This document shows, piece after piece, positions 63,215-64,000 of a stretch of 64,000 bases of DNA. The stretch is from Ascidiella aspersa (lineage: Eukaryota), in the NCBI GenBank assembly GCA_963924565.1, contig OZ004613.1, forward strand, positions 24,180,001 to 24,244,000. Reading direction: 5' to 3'. The notes beneath the pieces are model-generated. The model was not told the DNA's origin, did not search any database, and was given only the letters and a program-made list of their open reading frames with translations. Positions within the stretch are counted from its first letter, which is position 1. Each line of letters begins with the position of its first letter. The translations under genes were made by a program, and so were the position numbers.

Positions 63215-64000
63215 GTAAGATGCTAAATTAAATTGTTGGTAACGTGCAAAAAAAAACTTTTAAAACATGTAAGAATAAAAATTAAAACTAAAGACAATAA
63301 TGAGTGAGTCAGCGCATTAGTTCCTATTTGTACGTTATAAGGCCTTCATGTAAAAAAAACACTGCGAATGTAGAGCATTTGGCTTGGTCAGCCACTGAAT
63401 TCTGTTGTTGAACCATAATATGTGTGTATAGGCAGAAAAGTTAAACGCTGAAGACGAGGTTTATACACAACGTTACACATTCGGTTTTAGAAACACATAA
63501 TAAACTAGGTTTCGCTAGATGGTGATAGAGAAGTAATGACTAATTAGGCTACTTAGGGATTTCGGGCACTCCCAATCGACCAGCGTAGTAGTCCTACCGG
63601 TACTTCCATGTTGTTTAAAATAAGCAATATTATACCAAAATTGAAAATAAATTGTCAAATGTACTTTAATTTTGTTTCCTGCAGCATTTTTTAGACAACC
63701 CTAGTGGTAACACAGGATTAACTTGGAAATGTGTTTAATTAGACAGCTTTTTGCAACACAAACTACAAATAAAACTAATGATAAATCCGATTACCAGTAT
63801 TAAATGCACCTTGTCATATAATTGAAGGACTGAGAAGATTAGCGTGAATTGCTAAATTTTAAATGCATGAACGCATGAACTTTAAAAAAAATACAGTTTT
63901 GGGACAACCTCGGGGGTCTCACCCCTTAATTTGCTCTTGGCCTTTAAGGCAAAAAGTTCCTGCTTTCCTGTAGAATAATATTTGACTGATTGCATTTGGC

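Overview
AT-rich eukaryotic (animal) genomic DNA with spliceosomal GT-AG introns; gene content and style suggest an invertebrate chordate, probably an ascidian (inference). Four genes can be assembled by hand with phase-consistent splice junctions. (1) The 5' part of a LINGO-family LRR receptor (minus strand, runs off the left edge). (2) An unrecognised, probably lineage-specific gene (minus, 22783-27780) encoding a single-pass membrane protein. Its long disordered tail carries a ~12-residue-periodic array of TQT (LC8/DYNLL-type) motifs, SxIP/SKLRxP-like microtubule-tip motifs and duplicated acidic-Trp modules. (3) A complete KCTD7 (plus, 5 exons, 282 aa) with a perfect GTCACGTGAC CLEAR box and a FOXO site in its promoter. 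(4) A 19-exon, ~934-aa RNA-binding protein (minus) joining hnRNP F/H-type qRRMs, a Pro/Gly/Met low-complexity tract and a CIZ1/MATR3-type matrin zinc finger. Introns and intergenic DNA are full of hAT-type MITEs with 8-bp TSDs. The most striking non-coding signal is two families of short, mostly palindromic insertions built around minimal type-I hammerhead ribozymes (Penelope-like; one intact core at 18403-18444, one family with a U3-A8 covariant core). No CRISPR array, rRNA or intact tRNA was seen. All gene models are manual and lack transcript support.
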